From positions 900,033 through 964,032 of the forward strand of contig MCFH01000013.1 in assembly GCA_002104945.1 (NCBI GenBank): 64,000 nt of DNA. Direction: 5' to 3'. The position numbers and the translations under genes were made by a program. Of this stretch, positions 45,224-62,400 are shown in pieces (position 1 is the first letter of the stretch; each line of letters starts with the position of its first letter). Origin of the DNA: Piromyces finnis finn (taxonomy: Eukaryota > Fungi > Neocallimastigomycota). The notes under the pieces are model-generated. The model did no database searches. It worked only from the letters and a program-made list of their open reading frames with translations, and had not been told where the DNA came from.

Positions 45224-45989
45224 TACTTACCTTCATTCAATTATTTAATCATATGTATAATAAATTATATATATGAAATTTTAAAATTGGTTATATTTAT
45301 TTCAGATTTTATTTATAATTGACTTTGTTTACTCTGAATTTTATAAATAATTATAAAATTTTATATTAGCTTTATAGTTGAATTTATTCAATATTTTCCT
45401 TTTTTTTTTTTTTTTTTTGTTTTTTTTATTTTTTTGCTTTTTGTTTGTTTATGGGTTTACTTTTATTTGATGTAATATTTATTATTTATTTTTATATTTG
45501 CAATATATTTATTATATATTTCTTGGATAGTAAATTTTCGAATAGTTTCAATATAATTAATTATGTTTCATTCATCTTTTTTAAAATGTCTTGAATATAT
45601 TTGTGAATGGTATAAAAACTTACAAATTTATTTATTGCTTGTTTAGTGAATTTTAATAGTTTTTACACTGTAAAAAGATTAAAAATAACAATTATAAATA
45701 AAAAGTATAAAATAAATAATTATATAGATAATAAAAATATTAAAAAATAATAATATTTAATTCTTATTAAAATATTAATATTTTCTCCTTGACTATAAAA
45801 ATAATAATTTAAATTAAATATAATTAATGAATAAATTAAAATTATTAATAAATTAAATTTAATAGTCAATGGTTATTTTTTTAAATTATATACCTAACCC
45901 TTTCATATATCAAATTTAATGTTACATTTTTAGTTTAAATGTAAAATCCATACAAGCCAAAAGCATCCCATGGATTATAGATTATATTG

Positions 45990-46022
<33 letters not shown>

Positions 46023-47221
46023 AATATATTTGGATTTTTTATATATAAAAAATAGTCATACTTTAATATCAAGTTATAAAATAAACTAATTAAATGAATC
46101 TTTTATCGAATTATTAAATTTTAACATAAAATATTAATATTATTGATGATATATGTAAAAGAAAAAAAAAAAAGGTATAATATTTTATGCCTATGAATAA
46201 AAAAATATGATAAAAAAAAAAAAATACATTTAATACAATATTAAATAGCAAAGTTGTATTCATACATTTCTTAAACCGTTTAATCTTAACGTTTATATAA
46301 TAAGTAGTTTTTAATTTAATCAAAAAACTTACCAGAGTTTTATTTCTATTTTAAAAAAATTTTTAAATATAAATTTAGAAAATAATACAAACTTTAAATA
46401 ATTTTTTCGAAATGCCCTATAAACTACTTGAATTTTAACAATAAATATACAAAACATTTGAAATACTCGATTAATATTAAGAAATAACCGATAAAATACA
46501 ATGTAGAAATAAATAAAAGAATAAAAAAAATTAGTATCCATTAAAATGTTATTTAAAAATTATTTATTATTTGTAGATTACTTGTAGGTGAATGAATAAA
46601 TATTAATCATCATTATTAAATATATATTATTTTAAATAAAAGAAAAAAAAAGTAATTATATCAATATATAGATATAAAAATAGGATTATTAGATCAATAA
46701 TGTGAAGAAAGAAAAAAGGATACACTTATAAGTTATTGAGTCCTTTTATAATTATTAAAATTGAACTAAAATATTAAAAACTAAATACTTCATTAGTATC
46801 ATTTAAAAGGATATTATAGCCAACTTTTTTAAAAAAAAATATTAATGATTAAAGTTTATGAAAAAGTAATACTAATTAATTATTTCTAAAATAAAAAATT
46901 TCCTACTAAAAAGTAAAAGTACTTTCTTTGTTTTTTTTCTTTATTCTTAAAGTTCAAAAAGATAAAAAATTTCCATATTCAAAAATATATAAAATTTTAA
47001 CTTTATTTTTTATCTCGAATATTTTATTTTCTATAAAATAAAACGAAAAAAAAATAATAAAAAAATAATAGTAATAATTTTTCGAAAAAGTAAAAAAAAA
47101 AAAAACATTGAAAGAATAATAATAAAAAAAAAAAATACAAATAATATTTATTAAAGAAAACTTAAAAAAAAAAAATTGAATAATAATTACATACAAAAAT
47201 TATAATTATTCTTTAGACAAT

Positions 47222-48913
47222 ATGGATTTATATTTAAAATATCCTGGAATAATTGATGAAGATGGAAAAGTTCTCTCGGGAACTTGTTTTCAATCCATTG
47301 CAGCTGAAGCTGATTCACATGCCCGAAAAGGACAGTATGATAAAGCAGTAGATTTTTATACTTTAGCATTAATTATTCATAACAAGGGTTTACAAGATGA
47401 TATGAATGATAATTCAGGTTTAGCCGTGCCGGATCAAAAAGATACAAATAGTGTAGGAATTGATCCCAGTAAAAATATTGATAAAGCACTTTTAGTTAGT
47501 CGATCAGAATGCTATTTAAAATTAGGAAATACTGAATCCTCATTAGAAGATGCCAATAAAGCACTTCGTATTGATCCAAATTATTGTAAAGCTATTTATC
47601 AAAAAGCCGAAACGCTTTATATGATGAGTGATTTTGAAATGGCCTTAGTATTTTTCCATCGAGGAAATCAATTAAGACCGGAACTTCCAGAATTTAGTTT
47701 AGGTATTCATAAAGCTCAAGAAGCCATTAATAATTCTATTGGAAATCCAAAAGAATGTCATATTCAAGATATTAAAGATAAAGTAAAGAAAAGCCAAAGA
47801 GGAAAGTCTAATAGAAAATCAACGCCTACTAAAAAAGCTGAACCAACCACATCAATATCAATTAAAAAAAATAGCAAAGATTCACTAGGATTTAAAAGTG
47901 ATACTTCTGAATTCTTAAATAAAATTAATGGAGGAGAAGGTTTAAATAAAGATAAAAATAATATGGATATATCCAAGAAATTTAATGGAAAAAGTAATTC
48001 TCCAGAAGGATCACCTTACAAACAAAGTAATAAATATACAGGTAAAAAAAAAACATTTAAAAAAATAAATAATTCCCTTTTCATATTTCATTATAAAATT
48101 ATATCTATTTAATTAGTTATTAAGATAGAATTATAAATTCATAATTATAAATTATGAATTTATAAATTTAATTATTAAACTAGTTATACAACTATCCTTT
48201 TTAAACAATTTTAAATATTATTTTACTTAAATTTTTTTTTATTTCGAATTACCCATAAAATTTATCTTTAATTATATATTAATCAACATCAAAAAAAAAA
48301 AAAAAGATTATCAATTACTTGGGGAACTCTATGTTGATAAACAATATTTAATTGATTTTGCTAATGATAAATCATTCAATACCCATCCAAATGAAGAAAT
48401 TAATAAAATTATCGATGAAGGACTTAAATATTTAAAAGAAAGAGAAGATTTCTGGAGACAACAAAATCCATTATATGTTCGTAAAAGTACAAAAATAACT
48501 CCTCGTATACCAACTAATAAAAATAAAACAACAACATATAATAATAATAATAATGAATTCTCAACATCCAAACTAAAGAATAAAAAGAAGACTAAAAAGA
48601 CTACTTCTTCTACTAAAACTGATACTACATCTAATGTTAGCTCTATAGAAAAGCCACCAGTTATAAATAACCAATCTCAAGTATGTTACGTTTAGATTTT
48701 ATAAAAATAAAATTTATTATATAAAGTATTTATAAATATACCTATTAATTTTGTTATTTATTATTTTTCTTTTTTTTTATGTATATTAATAAAACAACAA
48801 CACTTTGAAAAAATCTAAATAATACAAATACTTCGATCCTTTCGAAAACTAAAATTTTCATAAAATTATTTAAAAATAAATGCAATTAATATATATTATA
48901 GGTGGTGGTCTAA
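47222..48913 (+). CDS. ODAD4: ODAD4/TTC25-like outer dynein arm docking TPR protein, ~401 aa, 3 exons
   Basis: RSECYLKLG..SLEDA..KAIYQKAETLYMMSDFEMALVFFHRGNQLRP..GIHKAQEAINNSIG, then exon 2 (48307-48680) QLLGELYVDKQYL..FWRQQNP, matching remembered TTC25 motifs. A short putative exon 3 (48902-48913) encodes VVV*. Confidence 0.88.
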
Positions 48914-49242
48914 TTCATTATATAGAATAGTTTGAAAAAAAAAAAAAAAAAAAAACATTACTATTCATTATTTATTAATTTCAATGAAATAAAATGAACA
49001 TTATTTTTTCTTTTTTTTTTTTTTTTTTTTTTGAAAATGTATATTTATTATATTTAAATATATTTTATTATTTTTCAATATAAAATACAAAAAAAAAAAA
49101 AAAAAAAAAAAAAACAACTTTATGTATATATTTGCAAACAGTTTTGTATATTATTCATTAACACAATCTTAAAATAAAGTAAAAAATTTTAACCAACCTT
49201 TTGTGTTCATTAAATAGTTTTTAAAACTTTAATTCTAATAAA

Positions 49243-49278
<36 letters not shown>

Positions 49279-49402
49279 TTATTTTTATTTTTTTTAAAAA
49301 AAAAAGAAATATATAAAAAAATAATTTCAATTTAAAAAAAAAAACTATTTATTTATCAATATTATTTTGCTTTAATTATATACTAATATATTAAAAAATA
49401 AA

Positions 49403-50922
49403 ATGGAATACAGTGAAGAGGAAACACAAATTTTCAATGCTTTTACTAATTATTCATTTGATGAAGATCCAATTTTCAATAAAGGAAAAAATGTTATAAT
49501 AACTAATTTACAAAAGAAAATTATTGAAGAGATGAAACCAATTAATCAGGCGAATGAAATTTTTAAATTTAAAATTTACTATTGGACAAAGTATGTTTTT
49601 TTTTTTTTTTTAGAAAAAATGTCATTAATTATTATTAAAAAAAAAAAAAAAAAAAAATTAATTTTTAAATTCAACCAACCATGTTATTCATTTACTCTAG
49701 GAAATTCCAAAAACAAATTAATATTACAAAATATAATAAATGGTTGAGAGATGGAAGACCTGTTTTTGAAGTTAAAAATAATATTAATAATGAAGTTGAA
49801 AAAATACTTAGTGAACGTATATTAACCTATGATTTTGATAATGATGAATGTTTTCAAAATGGGGTTAGTACTTTGAAAGAAAAATTTAAAGATAATAATG
49901 AACATTTAAATATGGCATTAAATAATGCTAAAGTCTTTTACTTGAGAAAGTATGTTTAATATATATATATAATAAATTATTTTTTATTATAATGATAGAA
50001 TAGTCATTAATTTTATGTATAAAGTAATAATAATTTCTGACTGGTTTTTTTTTATTAATATTAAAATATTAATTGTAATAAAAAGGTTAATCCAACAAGA
50101 ATTAATGGAATCTATTAATAATGAAAATAAAATGGAAAAAGTATCTATATCTGATAATTCGGCTGTTAAAAAAGATGAAACCGTTGCTTCAATATCAAAT
50201 GAAACAGATAATACTTCGGAAGAACCGGGAATACCTCCATCAAAGGAAGAAAATAATAATGAAAATAGTAATGAAAAGATTTTAGAAAATAGTAAGTTTT
50301 ATTATTATTATCTTATCAATAAATATGCAAGAGATAGGCTTATCTCTTAAAAAAAAAAAAATCAATAAATTTAAATATTTAAAAATTTATATTTATCTAT
50401 ATATAATATTATTAAATACCAATTTATTATCAAATTGAATTTATATCTTTTATTTTAACAGTTATTGAAGAAGGCAAAAATGAAAGTAAAGAAGCTGGAG
50501 ATGAAAATGAAGAAAGTAAGCCAAAATATCCAAAATCATTTTATGAAATTTATGAAATGATTGCTAAAGGTTTACCAGTACCTGGTATTCGTCAAATTCC
50601 AAATAAGATTAATGAAGGTACACCAAGTAAACCTTCGATGAAACCAAGACCAAAACCATGGGAAATAAAAAGACAACAATATGAAAATTTAGTTCATAAA
50701 ACTACTGATATTCCAAATGATACAAAAAATGAAATAAATAATGCTACCACTTCCTCAAATGCAAATGAAACTACTACCACTACTACTACCACTACTACCA
50801 CTACTACCACTACTAATAATAATGATAATAATAATGATAATTCTACAGATACCAATAATGATACAACAACAGATGAATATGTAAATAGTAACTTATTTAA
50901 TGAGAAAAATATTGTTGAATAA
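49403..50922 (+). CDS. PEX39: PEX39-like (C6orf226/YJR012C family) KPWE-motif protein, 4 exons
   Basis: Exons 49403-49590, 49701-49949, 50086-50291 and 50462-50922 splice in phase. C-terminal SFYEIYEMIAKGLPVPGIRQIP..KPRPKPWE, and two N-terminal Y(S/D)FD.D..F..G..K..Y..K modules. Confidence 0.75.
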
Positions 50923-51288
50923 TAAATAAATAATAATAGACAATAATAATAATAAAAAAAAATAAATAAAAAAACAATTCTTTCATAAATGTATAACAAT
51001 TTTAAAATTCTATTGTCCTCCTATCTACTCATTATAATCAAGCTTTTATAATTATAATAAAAGCTATAAAAAAAAACAATTTTATTATCGAATATTTTGA
51101 GTAGAACCAACTTAAAACTAAAACGAAAAATAATAATGAATAATAATATTATTTAATAAAGGTATGGATGTGTGTTTATAGATGATAGGTATATTTTTTT
51201 TTATTAAACTAGGTTTTACTAATTATTAAATATAAAATAAAAAAATGGAAGAAAATGAAAATTAGAAATACTATTAGAAATACAAAAT

Positions 51289-51350
<62 letters not shown>

Positions 51351-51975
51351 GGGATTATTATTATTATTATTGGGATTATTATTATTATTATTGTGATTAT
51401 AATTTCATAATTATATTTATTTAAAATAAAAATATTTTAAAAAGAGCTTTAAAAAAAATATAAAAAAATAATAAATAAAACAATGATAATTTTTCAAAAA
51501 ATAAAATGAAAGAAAACTAATTTTTGAAAAGTTTATAAATATATTTTAATTTAAAACTAATTAATGAAAAAAAATATATTAAAAAAAAAAAAAAAAAAAG
51601 CATCTCTTTAAATATAATACAATAGTTTAGAAAAAAAAAAACTTCTAAAGGTTAAATAAAGAGATTTTTTTTTTTTTAAAAGATAAATAATATAATTAAA
51701 AATTAAAAATGATAAAAATGTACCTTTTTTTTTTTAAAAAAAAAATAAAGGTATATTTACTGTTTTTATAAATAAATAAGTGTTAATGAATGGTAATTAT
51801 TAAAATATTATATTAAAAAATGGAAATATTATAATTTTATATATAGTTTTAGTGTCGTAAATATATAAATATTAAATCCAGAAGATATATATGTATGCTT
51901 TTTTTTTTTTTTCCTGTATATGTGTATATGTATATGCTTTGTAGGTGTGTATGTTTTTTGATATTAAAATTCCTT

Positions 51976-55273
<3,298 letters not shown>

Positions 55274-57678
55274 GTTTTCTATTTAATATTTATATTGTAA
55301 GTTTTTAAATATATTTTAGTTTTAATTATTTTTAAAATTATAATTTTTTATTGTATAAAATAATATAAAATTAAAATTTTATTAATAATTCTTTTTATCC
55401 ATTATAATTTTATGTATACTAAAAATAAATTTATTTTATGAATATAGTATTTACTGTTTAATTAAAATATGCTTTAATTAAAATGTAATGTTTTAATGAA
55501 ATAATACAAATACTATGATATTTTTATTTATCTATTTACTATTATTACTTTAGAAAAATAATACTAATTGAATAATGTAAAAATTTAAATATATATCCAA
55601 TATAAGTTTTTTTTTTTTTTAATAAATCTCAATAATTTACACTGTTATTTTTATTTTTTAAAATATCTTGTAAATTTTTATTATTAATTATTGTTTTTCA
55701 ATTATAAATTGATTAAACTAATATGTTTTGAAAATTCCACTATATTTTTGAAAATTTATTTTCCACATTATTTTTATAAAAAAAAGTTGGTTTTTTCCTT
55801 ATCATGTATTGATTAATGATTTATTTTGTTATTATTTTATCGTAAATATTCCATATTATTAATTGATAATTGAAAAAAAAAATAAATAAATAAAAATTAA
55901 TTATTAAATATATATTTACTTTATTGTATTAAATAAAATTATTGATATAAATAAAGATACTGATTGCTTTGCAATGGTTAAAATATATATTATTATGTGA
56001 TAGTTTATTCTACTCTTTTAATCACTTTTTTTTTTTTTTTTTGCTTTTTGATTATACTTTTAGAAATGTTAATTGATTATAAAAAATAATAATTTTCTAT
56101 ATATTTTTCTATTAATTAAATAAATTATTAAATTAAATGCTTTTTTTTAAAAAAAAAATAATAATAATAATATATATATAAATAATGGTTTTAATTAGTA
56201 CTTCATTTTTTAATAAAAAAATATAATTGTATAATTAAAACTTCAAATTCTCTTTTATATTTTATTATTTTATTTTTTTAAAAAAAAAACATTTTAAAAA
56301 AATAATTAATAATTTTTTTTTTCTCTTATCCTACAATAATGTATTTGAATAATAGTAAAAACGTATGAAATTAATGTAAATACGTAAATACATTTTAATT
56401 AATAATTAATATTATAATTAATATAAAATAATTTTATAATTACTTTTCAACCAACAATTTGATTAATTTTTTTTACCTTTTCACAATTATCAATTACTTA
56501 TATATGTATTTTTAGTCATTGAAATTGAAATGAATATTTATTTATATTTTTTAAAAAATGTTCTTCCTATCCTTCTATTACTACTCATTTTTACTTTTTT
56601 TAAACTAAAAATCATGGTGTGGTGATTATAAATGAATGAATGAATAAATAAATAAATAAATAAAAAGATCATATTAATATATAACGAATAATATTGAAAC
56701 AATTATAATAAATATAAATTTTAATATATTTACCACAATAATAATTTAAAAATTAATTATAAAATTTAATCATTATATAATATATTATATTTTATATAGT
56801 ACTATATATTATTATATGGGAAAGAATTTATTATATAGTAAACATTTAATTTAATAAATAATTTTTAAATTTTAAATAGAACAAATCTAATATATTATTG
56901 AATAATAGCATCTATATATTACAATATAAACGAATAAATAATAATGAATTTAATACAAGATTAAGTTTGAATTAAGGAAATTTAATTATATAATAAAAAA
57001 TGATAAAAAGATATATTAAAATCTCATGTTTAATGGAGAATACATTTGCTATTATAAACTAACCCTTATTCTACGATGTTGGTAAATATTGTTAAAGCAT
57101 ACTACTCCTAGTAAAATAATACTAAGCTAACACTAGAATAATCATTCAAATAACAAAAAAGTCATTGATTGTAATAAAAAGAAACAAAGGACAGAGCTTT
57201 TAAATCTCATTAAATTTTAAATTAACTAATAATCTGTAACAAATTTGGATATTCATTTTAATTAATAGGAAAAAATCCACTTTCCTTAAAGAAAATGTAT
57301 GAACACGTGATTATATGTTTATTAACATTAAAATTTACCGCTTTTATTACTTTTATAAATAGATTTAAAAAAAAAGATTTTATTATTAATTAAGGTTTCC
57401 TAATACAATAGAAACACTCCATTCCAAAAGTAATACTAATACGAAATGATAATAAAACTGAGTAATAATTCTTTATAAAAAACGAATATAAATATAAATA
57501 TATGCTAATGGCATCATTAATACATATTATATTGGGTATCATTAAAATTAATTATTGAAATTAAAAATTGTATACTTAATTATTTATTGAATAGAATCAA
57601 ACGGAATTTGTTGAAATTGAAATTGTTTAATTACTTATTTTGAATGGATCAAATGGTATTTGTCGAGATTGGAATTGC

Positions 57679-58862
57679 TTAATTATTTCTTGAATCTAAC
57701 TGAAGTAATTGTTGAAGTATTTCATCTAATTTAATCATGGAATGAAAATAATTATTATAAGTTGCAATAACAGTTGGAAATCTATTAAGCATTATTTCCT
57801 ATATATATTTTTTTAAAGAAAAATATTATTTTAATATTTTATTTTTAAAAATTTTAAAAAAGTTTTTATATATTTACCAATTCATTTTGATAATTATTAA
57901 TCTGGTTTAGCCATAAAGCATTGTTTACATTTTCTTTTAATAAAGAAATATCTTTAACTGAACTGTAAAAAACATCTGATAAATTTCTAATGTATAAGTA
58001 AAAAAAGAAAAATAAATGAAAAAATTACAATAAATTAATAAAATAGTTTTTTTTTTTTTCTTCTTTTTTTTTTTTTTTTAATTAAAAATAAAAATTTTAC
58101 TGTTGATTTTGAGGTTCAATCAAAAGATAATCTCCTGTGAATGGTTTTTTTAACTTGGAAATTAATGTGTCTAAATTATTCAATACATTAGAAATGTGAT
58201 TTGAAAAAATTTCTAAAGTACTTTTTTTTAATTCTTTTATTAAATTTAAATATATATATATTATATTTATATATTAATAATAATAATAATAATAATACTA
58301 AAAGCTTTAATTCTTATTTATAAAAGTATTTTGTTATTCTTTAATACCTAATTCCTTAGCATTAATAACATCAACTGTTAATAATTTTTCTTTTAATTGA
58401 AGTATATTTATATTTAACTTTTAAACATATTCATCAATATAAATGATAATAATGATTAAAGAAAAAAAAAAAATTTATAATATATATAAAAAAAGGTAAT
58501 TATATAAACCTCATTAATTTCTTCTTGTTGTTTTATTAAAGTTGTAAGAACATTTATTATTTTTTCAGTTGAACTTTCCTTATGTATATTTGTTCTCTTT
58601 ATATAAAATAACAATTGAATAATTTATAAAATAATAATAATAATTTAATTTTAATCCTGTTTATTCTTAAATGTAAAAATTATGAGAATTACAAATTTAT
58701 TTTCAAAATTACATTTATATCATATCCTGAATTAGAAATTGCATCTAAAATTTTATAATAGGAATTGTTATCATTTAAAGTTAAATTTTCTATTTCATTG
58801 GGTGATACCATGACATCGTTATTATCATCTGAATCACTTATGGTAATAACATCTTCTTCCAT
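57679..58862 (-). CDS. HAUS2: Augmin/HAUS complex subunit 2 (CEP27)-like, 6 exons
   Basis: Exons not in the ORF track, spliced by hand from ATG 58862 (MEEDVITISD..). NINILQLKEKLLTVDVINAKEL..TLEIFSNHISNVL..LISKLKKPFTGDYLLIE..NVNNALW aligns with remembered HAUS2 (TADVVHP..TLQSMNNHLEAVL..LRQRLLKP..LPIE). Stop at 57679-81. Confidence 0.7.
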
Positions 58863-59136
58863 TATCAAAAAAATATATTATAATTAAATTTCGCCTTCCA
58901 ACCCTTACAAATAAATAAAATAACAGGAAAAAAAAAAAAAAAAAACTGGATAAAAAAAATTTTTTTAATTGAAAAAAAATATATAACTATTAAAATTTTA
59001 AATATAATATGATTTTTTTTCTTTTTTCTTTTTTTATTATTATTCTTAATAATTAAAGGGTATTGTATTATTCTAAATAATTATTTTTTTTTATAAATAT
59101 AAATATTATAATTATATGTATATATTTAACATGGCT

Positions 59137-59413
59137 CTAAAGTTCTAAAGATAAAAATCCTTTTTGTATAGTCTTTATAATAGATTCCATTTCTGAGTTT
59201 TCAGAAGAATTAATATCATTTAAAGATTCAAAAAGTTGGGTTAAGATATTTCTTAGATAGGATGACTAAATAATTAAAAATAAAATAAAATATAAAATAA
59301 ATATGTTAATATTATATATAACTTTTTTTTCTTTTTGAAAAATGAAAATTTATAAAAAATATACTCTTTCATTTAATTCTACTACAGCTGATTTTAAAGT
59401 TGATATCTAAAAA

Positions 59414-59449
<36 letters not shown>

Positions 59450-62400
59450 TTTTAATAAATCATATATATATATATTTATATATAAATATATATATAACCT
59501 TTTCATCACAACGTTTCTTATATTCTATCATATAATCGGTGTTATGTTTAAAAGTGGATTCCCATTCATTGGTTAACATTTGAATTTCTTGATTAAGATT
59601 AATACCAATATCTTTATATTTTTGATATAAAGTATTTAAATTTTCATTCTTACGTTCTAATTTCGCAAATTCTTCTTCAATATGAATATTTTCAAGATTA
59701 GACGTGTGAACCTGATTTTTTAATTGGGTGAGAGTTTGTTGAAGGGTATCTATTTTTTCTTTTAATTGACTATTCTCATCTCTTAAATCAATAATTAATC
59801 CTTCCATAAAATCTTTTTTCATTTCAGAATAATTTTTTAACTCTTGAACTGTCCGAAAATCTTCCAATTTTGAAAGATATTCTTTTTCAATACGATAAAT
59901 ATGAGGATGATCATGTCGGTTGGGTCCACGAATATCATAATCATTTTCAAAAAGTTCATATTGTTGATCACCCAAATGATCATTTTGATTTAAAATATCA
60001 GTTGCTGAGAACGGGCAACCATTCTCATGAACATTATTTGTAATAGGTACAATATTCATATCTTCCATGGGAGCCTGATCATTACTACTATTACATAGAG
60101 TTTCATTGGTTTGGATCTCATTATTTGGTATATATTTATTTTTACTCATAGCAAACTCTTGTGCATTTTTTATTTTATTATTTTCTTCCTTAGTATCGGA
60201 AAAAGGATTTACCGAGAGCTCTGGTAAATTTTCTTGATTTGAATCAAGGTGGGTATCAATGGATTCTTTAACATCAAATTTGGTATCTTCATTTAAAGTT
60301 TCCGTTAAATCTTCTTGTTCTGATTGAATTGCTAAAACTTCATTAGTCAGATCATCTTTCATACTGAACTCATTGTCATAATTAAACGATTTTGAAATAT
60401 CATTTGCATCTAATATTTCTTGTATATCAATATAATCAATTCTTTCTTCTTCTAATTCATGATCATGATCTATATGATCATTTCTTCTTATAATTTGACT
60501 AAAATCTAACTGACTGATTTCTTGACTTTTGCTATTACTATCTATTAAATCATCTGAATTAATTGTCTTATTGTCTGATATCATTGAAATATTATTTTCT
60601 TTTTCTTTTTCTACTGAACTGGTAATGCCATCTGTTAAATCATTTTTAGATGGACATGAAAAAGTATTTTCTTGATTTTTATTTTTTATGATATCGTCCA
60701 GTATGCTGGTTTCATCCATCATTAAATGATCTATATTACTATGAGCTGATCTATTTCCTTCATTATTATTATCCCCATTATTGTCACCATCATCTATTTT
60801 GTTATTTTTGTCTATTGATTCACCATTAATATTAGTTTCTATATCTATGTTGTTTGAATTTTTATTATTTTTATTATTGGTGTCGTTACTATTATCTTTA
60901 TCTTTTTTATTACTATCATTCACATTCTCATTTTTACTATTATTGTCATTGTCCTTATCTCGAATATTATTGCTATTATCTTTATCATTGTTAATGTTAA
61001 TTTTGTTCTCATCCCTACTATCATTATCCTTATTTCTTTCATTTACTATGAAAGTTTCTTCATTTGTCAATGATACATCATTTTTACTATTATCGTTGGC
61101 ATAATCTATTTGTTCATCAATCAATCCTGATACACTTTTATTATAATAGATAGAATTGTCTTTATTCTTAATAGACTCATCATTACTATTCTCATTATTT
61201 TTAAGTTGTTCATCTGATTCAGTGTCACCTTGTATTTTATTGATAGTATCACTTATTTTAATATCTGTGTTTAAATCTTCTTCCATCATATCCATGGTAT
61301 TATAATCAATAAGAGAATTATTTAAATTTTCTGGAATGAATTTTTTATTTTCAGTTAATTCTTCTTCTATAATCATATCATCTGAATTACTTGGCTTATC
61401 CTTTTCTTCTATTGAATTGGAAATTGTATTATTTATGATTTCTGGTACGTCTGTTTCATTTTTTAATAATGTATTATTATGAATTATAGGATTGGTAATA
61501 GTTATACTTGATTTTTCTTTTAATGAGTTTTTTAATATCTCACATTCATTGAACATTGAAAGAGTGACTTGATTGCTATCCCAATATTTATTTGACGTTT
61601 CTTCAATTTCCTGACGAAGTCGAGCATTTTCGCTTAATAGATCTTCGTATTGATGTTTCATTACTTCAAATCGTTCTGAATTGTACATTTGTTTGTATTT
61701 ATTAAATTCATCAACATATTTTTTATCAGCTAACTTTTGTTGTTCAAAAGTTTCCACAATATCATTTAATTTCTTAATAACGAATTTATTGTTACAATAC
61801 AAACTTTTAAAATGATTAAGACTTTTTGATTTGGTTTGGATTTCAATTTGTTTATTGTTATTATCATGTTGTAATCTCATAATTTCATTTTTATAATCTT
61901 CAAGCCTATCCTTTAACATTTTATTTTCATCTTCAAGTATTTCCTGTTCATGCTTTAAATTTTCAATATCTTGAATAGAGGTACTAATTGTTGAATTACC
62001 ATTATCCTTTTCAGAGATAATAGTATCATTATTGTTATTGTTATTTTCTTTTTCAGAAATAATAGTATCATTATTGGTATTGTTACTTTCTTTTTCAGAA
62101 ATAATAGTATCATTATTGGTATTGTTATTTTCTTTTTCAGAAATAATAGTATCATTACTGTTATTGTTATTTTCTTTTTCAGAAATAATAGTATCATTAC
62201 TGTTATTGTTATTTTCTTTTTCAGAGATAATAGTACCTTTTTCATATATTACTGAAAGTTCCTGTTCATTATCATTAATATTTATACTATCCTTCATTTC
62301 CTCTATACTTGTTGAAATATCATCAATACTAAATTGTGGATAAAATTGTTGAATTTCACTAGTTTCATATTCACGAGTTAAAACTTCTTCTGAAATTTCT

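Noticed and set aside
45892-45900. CCTAACCC telomere-like word
   Set aside because: Single unit, not an array.
57020-57310. Coding-like patch with a CACGTG E-box and a short signal-peptide-like ORF on -
   Set aside because: All frames stop within ~25 codons and no splice pattern rescues them; a single hexamer is not significant.
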